Assembly: GCA_028691985.1 (NCBI GenBank)
Contig: JAQUYG010000001.1
Coordinates: forward strand, 27,617 to 91,616
Reading direction: 5' to 3'
DNA from: Minisyncoccota bacterium
Lineage (GTDB): Bacteria; Patescibacteriota; Minisyncoccia; JAHIHE01; JAGLIN01
Length of the DNA stretch: 64,000 bases
Below, in pieces: positions 59,325 through 64,000 of this stretch; the first letter of the stretch is position 1, and every line of letters begins with the position of its first letter. The notes under the pieces are model-generated. The model searched no databases, was not told the DNA's origin, and saw only the letters and a list, made by a program, of their open reading frames with translations. The translations under genes were made by a program, and so were the position numbers.

Positions 59325-60020
59325 TTATTCTGTCCAAATTCTTACTTTGCCACAACCCTCTTCAGCATCATTCACAATATCGAATATACTATCAATTTTA
59401 GGACTATATGCTTCAAGTTCATCACCATTTTTTAGTGTTACTCTAACTTTCCTATCATGCGTTTGACCACCCTCTCTTATATTACAATTGGCTGCCGATT
59501 CTTTTATTAGATTCCAATTCTTTTTGTTCTGATCTGATTCCTTATTTACAAAAATAATAGAGCTAAATTCGGATTTTAAAATCAGCTTGCCATCCTCATC
59601 AAATAAAAACTTTTCCGATTCAGCAAGTAATTTTTTAAATATTTCTTCCTGCGAGTTTTCGCAATACATTTGATTTGATGTAAATAAACCGAAATCAATA
59701 TTATCTCCATCTTTTTTGAATTCACTTGAGAAACTATTACAATCAGTGGTCCCATTTAGTTCTCCGCTTTCCGTAAATGTGATAGCAAAAGCATCATGCA
59801 CCCTTGGAAAAATTATTTCGTCTTTGCTTACAATAGTTTTTTCCCAATCCCATCTTGCCCCAACAAGATTGTTATCAGTTGGTTTGTTTAAAACCATCGG
59901 ATTATCATCTTGGTTTAATTGCCCCCTTATAGAACTTTTACTATAAATTCCAGTTATATACGCGAATACGATCATTATAATAAATACAAATGTAACTATT
60001 ATTGTATTAGATTTTTTCAT
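59325..60020 (-). CDS. META/HslJ-domain protein
   Basis: N-terminal TM; GTTDCNSF, SNQMYCE. Confidence 0.8.
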   Translation of the reverse strand: MKKSNTIIVTFVFIIMIVFAYITGIYSKSSIRGQLNQDDNPMVLNKPTDNNLVGARWDWEKTIVSKDEIIFPRVHDAFAITFTESGELNGTTDCNSFSSEFKKDGDNIDFGLFTSNQMYCENSQEEIFKKLLAESEKFLFDEDGKLILKSEFSSIIFVNKESDQNKKNWNLIKESAANCNIREGGQTHDRKVRVTLKNGDELEAYSPKIDSIFDIVNDAEEGCGKVRIWTE

Positions 60021-60357
60021 TTTCTATTTTTATTATTTATTATCTATTTATTACAACGATCGAGAAAGAATAAAGTAACTTATTTTTTATATTTCGATTA
60101 TACCAAGTATCCCTAATCTTTTCAAACCTCTGATTTGAAGTATAAAAAATACACCTGATATTGAGCATATTTAAAATTACTTCAGTAATGAGATGCAAAC
60201 CGGTCGGTTGTACAGAAATATTACCGTCAGTTCGATACCTGCTTCTGTCACAAAATATCAGATATTTTTCTACTTTCTATAAAAGTAATTAAATTCTTGA
60301 TTAGCAAAAGGTTTCATACTACTATATAGAGAGAAAAGGTAAATTTTGAAATATTCT

Positions 60358-61041
60358 ATGAAAAAATATCCATTAATACTCATTCTATGTCTTGTGTTAT
60401 TTTTCTCTCTCCTGATCGTTTTAGAAAAAAGTAAGTACGATATTGCAGATATTATCAACGAAATTATAAGGTTCGTCGAAAAGGCAGATGATAAAAAAGA
60501 TTGGGACACCAAAGTGATTGAAGATGATTGCACGCGCAATTTAGTGACAGCAGCGGTTGAGCAAACTACAAAAAATGTCGTTTACGACCCAACCTATTTT
60601 CATATAGACTATCCGAACGGCGATGTACCATCGGACAGAGGGGTTTGTACTGATGTAATAATAAGAGCTTATCGCTCAGTCGGAGCTGATTTGCAGAAAG
60701 AGGTCCATGAGGATATGATAAAAAATTTTGACCTCTACCCCAAAAAATGGGGAATGACCGAAACTGATACCAATATCGATCATCGTCGTGTCCCTAATCT
60801 TCAAGTCTTCTTCAAACATTTCGGAGAAGAACTCGAAATTTCCAAGAATCCCGAATCTTATCAGCCAGGTGATATTGTGACTTGGAACATGCCCTCAGGT
60901 CGACCGCACATCGGGCTGGTCAGCAATTTCAGTAAAAATAACATACCCTTAATCATCCATAATATAGGCACCGGACCAAAGATAGATGACATGCTTTTTG
61001 TTTTTGAAATAAGCGGACATTATAGATATTTCTGTAAATAA
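60358..61041 (+). CDS. DUF1287 (YijF-like) protein
   Basis: YDPTY..IDYPNGDVP..RGVCTDV, DTNIDHRRVPNL, PHIG, HNIG. Confidence 0.92.
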   Translation: MKKYPLILILCLVLFFSLLIVLEKSKYDIADIINEIIRFVEKADDKKDWDTKVIEDDCTRNLVTAAVEQTTKNVVYDPTYFHIDYPNGDVPSDRGVCTDVIIRAYRSVGADLQKEVHEDMIKNFDLYPKKWGMTETDTNIDHRRVPNLQVFFKHFGEELEISKNPESYQPGDIVTWNMPSGRPHIGLVSNFSKNNIPLIIHNIGTGPKIDDMLFVFEISGHYRYFCK

Positions 61042-61414
61042 AGATCAGCTAACAGAAAAACAGAAGTTGCACCAAGGGGTGCTGCTTTTTGTTCATGATT
61101 TTGGACAATGCTGGAACGATTTTATTTAACCCTTTTTCTCGCAACAGCTACCGATTCTGACAAATATCTTATCAGGTTACGAATTTGACAGATTAAACAT
61201 ATTGTCATATTTTACACTCGGCAATGAATATATTGCAGAAACGGGGGGGTAAGTTGCAACTTGCAATAAATTTGGAGCTATCAGTAAAGCAGTAGAGGAA
61301 TTGGAATTTACGATATGGTCTAGAATCAAATACATTAGAGATACGAAAAAGAAAGTCAGGGCTATCACTGTGGAAACGATTAGCGAACCAGTTGATCATG
61401 AAGCTCTATATCTA

Positions 61415-61589
61415 AAGCCAGATATAAACTCGATTTTATCTGTGATTCCAAGATAGTCAGTATTAGCAAAATCCAGATGGGAGCATCTTCTTATCAACCC
61501 ATAAACTTTGAAGTCTTTGCCTAATAAGAATTTAGCAAATATGGTCCATCTTGACCTGAAATTCCTGTTATAAGCGCCACCTTTTGCAT
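61415..61589 (-). pseudogene. gmd: GDP-mannose 4,6-dehydratase N-terminal remnant
   Basis: MQKVALITGISGQDGPYL, frameshift, then AKFLLGKDFKVYGLIRR; truncated after ~55 codons. Confidence 0.75.
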
Positions 61590-61739
61590 ATATTCTACTA
61601 AAAAAGTTATTCAAGCATTCCCCCTTCGGTCATGTCATCGTTTATTCAAATTAAAGTATTGGTTACGCACAAAATATGACTGTAGGATTCCCTTAAGTCA
61701 CTGCAATAGCAACCCCGAGTCATTTTCAGACGGAGATCC

Positions 61740-62408
61740 TTATATATACAATTCTTTTTTGAAATTTTCAGCAAAACCACTCATTATTTCAATCCGTTCT
61801 CTGGCTATAGTATTAGCCGTTTCAGTTAGAAAAATTTCTCCTTTTTTATACTTTTCAATTAATAAAATTATATAATGTAACGAAGAAGCAGTCTCACATC
61901 CGTTTAGAGGTATTAATGGATCATAAATTGGACGACTATATTGCCTCGATTGCAGGGAACTGGCAATAATCCGACTAATAGATATCGCACCCAGACAATC
62001 AAGCTTGTCTGCATCCCGAAGAATCTTTGATTCAAGGGTTTCTCCTTTTTGATTAGAACGATGATTTATAATATAATAAACTATTTGGTCTATGATATTA
62101 TCAGAAAGACCATACTTAGACAATATCTCCTTTGCCAACTCTCCACCTTTTATTGCGTGATTTATACACTCACCTATTTCTTCGTGCACTCTGGCGATAT
62201 CGTGCAAGAGAGCAGCAACGGACAATACTAGCAAATCGCCGCCCTCTTTTTCGTGTATAATTTCAACAATTTTACACACTCGTTTAGTATGTGACATCCC
62301 ATGAGAATAATCTTCCAGTTCATCAGGGAAATATACCGTTATTTCCTTCCTAAGAGAATTTAATAACGAATCACGACTATCTGATAAAATATTTTTTGAC
62401 ATTAACAT
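61740..62408 (-). CDS. HD-domain phosphohydrolase
   Basis: SHGMSHTKRV, ALLHDIAR, NHA, HR, RDADKLDCLGA. Confidence 0.9.
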   Translation of the reverse strand: MLMSKNILSDSRDSLLNSLRKEITVYFPDELEDYSHGMSHTKRVCKIVEIIHEKEGGDLLVLSVAALLHDIARVHEEIGECINHAIKGGELAKEILSKYGLSDNIIDQIVYYIINHRSNQKGETLESKILRDADKLDCLGAISISRIIASSLQSRQYSRPIYDPLIPLNGCETASSLHYIILLIEKYKKGEIFLTETANTIARERIEIMSGFAENFKKELYI

Positions 62409-62459
62409 ATTTATATAATGATATTGTGTTAGATTGACAATACGAATTAATACTTTTAT

Positions 62460-62999
62460 CTACAGCAAAACTTCTAATTGATTAGCTAAATCATATACTA
62501 TCTTTTTCCCGATAGATTCATCACAAGAATCTAAAAAATCTCTTATGCTCTTAATATACTTACTATTATTAGCAAATTTAGGATAAAGATTTTGCTCTCC
62601 CCTCTTACAGATTTTAATAAAATTTCTAAGATGCGATGTGAAGTCAGCCATCTTAATGATTTTAGCTCCCGTAGATATCGTTTTTATTTTTTTATAGTAT
62701 TCCTCTTTTTCTTCTTGATTATAGTTTTTTGGATGAGACACTTCTTGCACTAAATCGGCAATTTCTCTTGAAAAAATACTCTTTATTTCTTCATAGGTAG
62801 TAGAAGTGTCTTCTAGCGTATCATGAAGGAGCCCGGCAACTAGAACCTCTGTATCTTGAATGTCAAATTCATCTCTCATAATGTTAAAGACCTCGAGAAA
62901 ATGATTTTTCTTACCTATTTTTGCAAATTTATCTGCCGCAAATTCTTTTGCTGACTCTATTTGTTTTTCACATTCGATTGATAGTGATTTTGTGGTCAT
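62460..62999 (-). CDS. HD-domain protein, RelA/SpoT hydrolase-like
   Basis: NHFLEV, AGLLHDTLEDT, LVQEVSH, IKMAD. Confidence 0.85.
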   Translation of the reverse strand: MTTKSLSIECEKQIESAKEFAADKFAKIGKKNHFLEVFNIMRDEFDIQDTEVLVAGLLHDTLEDTSTTYEEIKSIFSREIADLVQEVSHPKNYNQEEKEEYYKKIKTISTGAKIIKMADFTSHLRNFIKICKRGEQNLYPKFANNSKYIKSIRDFLDSCDESIGKKIVYDLANQLEVLL

Positions 63000-63061
63000 A
63001 ATTTTATTTTAAATATTTGAATAATTCATGAACCTCGTTTCGATTCTTTGGCAAATTTTCT

Positions 63062-63388
63062 TTAATTCATCATTGCTGATATTACTGCTATCTGGTTGAC
63101 AATAGTCATATCTATCTCCCCTCTCGCGTATCGTTCCTTGAGGATGTCCAGTGCGGTTTCATTTTGCTGCGCACCTTTGGCACTTTGGACTAAATATCTG
63201 GCAAGATAGATAATTCCCGCTATCACCAGAATCCAAAACAGAAACATAACTATTTCTCCGCCAAACCCGCCATATCCGTTCATCATATTATAGAATCCAT
63301 TATAGCCATCCATCATAGGATGACCGTAATGATCGTCTCCCATATGTGCCTGAGCAAAAGGAATAAAACATAATATAAAAGCTTTCAT
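63062..63388 (-). CDS. SHOCT-domain membrane protein with an aberrant C-terminus
   Basis: Met/Gly-rich region, TM, ALDILKERYARGEID followed by an atypical tail. Confidence 0.8.
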   Translation of the reverse strand: MKAFILCFIPFAQAHMGDDHYGHPMMDGYNGFYNMMNGYGGFGGEIVMFLFWILVIAGIIYLARYLVQSAKGAQQNETALDILKERYARGEIDMTIVNQIAVISAMMN

Positions 63389-63424
63389 ATTTTTACATTA
63401 TCGGCTTAATATGATTAGCAAAAT

Positions 63425-64000
63425 CTATCTCTTGATTTTCAAGGACTTGGCATTGATCGCCACCATCACCGTACTCAAAGACATGAGAACGGCTCCCAAT
63501 GCCGGTGAAAGCAGGATCCCTCTACCGGCCAGAATTCCTGCTGCGAGCGGTATGGCAAAAATATTGTAACCAGTTGCCCAAATAAGATTCTGGACCATTT
63601 TTCCGTAAGTTGCTTTGCCGAAAGAGATAAGCAAAGGAACATCTTCAGGGTTGCTGTTTACCAAGATTACATCAGCCGTTTCAGCGGCAACATCGGTTCC
63701 AGATCCAATAGCAATTCCAACATCTGCCTGGGCCAGAGCCGGCGCATCATTGATACCATCTCCCACCATAGCCACGAATTGCCCTTCTTGCTGGAGCTCT
63801 TTAACCTTTTCCTGCTTCTGATCAGGAAGAACGCCTGCGAAATAACCGTCTATTTCTAGCGCATCTGAAACACTCTTAGCAGATGTCTCGTTATCTCCGG
63901 TAAGCATCCACACTTTTATTCCTTGCTGTTTGAGCTTTTTGACCGCTTCAAAAGATTCTTTTCTGACAATATCTGCTAAATTGACAGCCCCAGCCAAAAT
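63425..64000 (-). CDS. Heavy-metal (copper) P1B-type ATPase, C-terminal part
   Basis: MLTGDN, MVGDGINDAPALA, GTDVAAETAD, QNLIWATGYN, MSLS; begins outside the window. Confidence 0.95.
   Translation of the reverse strand: MLAGAVNLADIVRKESFEAVKKLKQQGIKVWMLTGDNETSAKSVSDALEIDGYFAGVLPDQKQEKVKELQQEGQFVAMVGDGINDAPALAQADVGIAIGSGTDVAAETADVILVNSNPEDVPLLISFGKATYGKMVQNLIWATGYNIFAIPLAAGILAGRGILLSPALGAVLMSLSTVMVAINAKSLKIKR

Noticed and set aside
1-64000. CRISPR array, tRNA or rRNA genes
   Set aside because: No regularly spaced repeats, cloverleaf with T-loop or rRNA signature seen by eye; tRNAscan-SE and Infernal would be needed to exclude them fully.

Overview
A 64 kb chromosomal segment of an AT-rich bacterium using genetic code 11. 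Gene content and order (comEC-yggU-nrdG/nrdD, ftsA-ftsZ, dgkA-ybeY-yqeY-rpsU-HIT-hisS-lepB, pth, dprA-topA, Gmad2/GerMN, C39-like, Pif1) suggest a CPR/Patescibacteria (Parcubacteria-like) genome; this is inference. The first ~19 kb is mostly housekeeping. The rest is accessory: Tyr/Phe terminal-pathway genes, two ECF sigma modules, a double ATP-grasp protein, glnA, a DEAD-box helicase, msrAB, recQ, nucleotide-hydrolase clusters, several pseudogenes and a decayed serine-recombinase region. I found no rRNA, tRNA or CRISPR array. The most interesting signals are non-coding or too short for the ORF track: (1) a complete ribosome-dependent attenuator with a Trp/Phe/Tyr leader peptide (MNYNISNWFFFYFSRHLR) in front of an aminotransferase and a possible stand-alone ACT-like protein; (2) two more uORF-plus-terminator leaders (an EPPD peptide before the double ATP-grasp gene and a leaderless uORF before the DEAD-box helicase) and a structured glnA leader; (3) a NYN RNase gene with a convergent promoter-driven ~55 nt hairpin RNA, lying between a C-terminally truncated nrdD and nrdG (possible RNA-antitoxin module); (4) REP/REPIN-like palindromes and MITE-like elements, one beside a GIY-YIG nuclease. 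All family calls come from motif recognition by eye, not from database searches.
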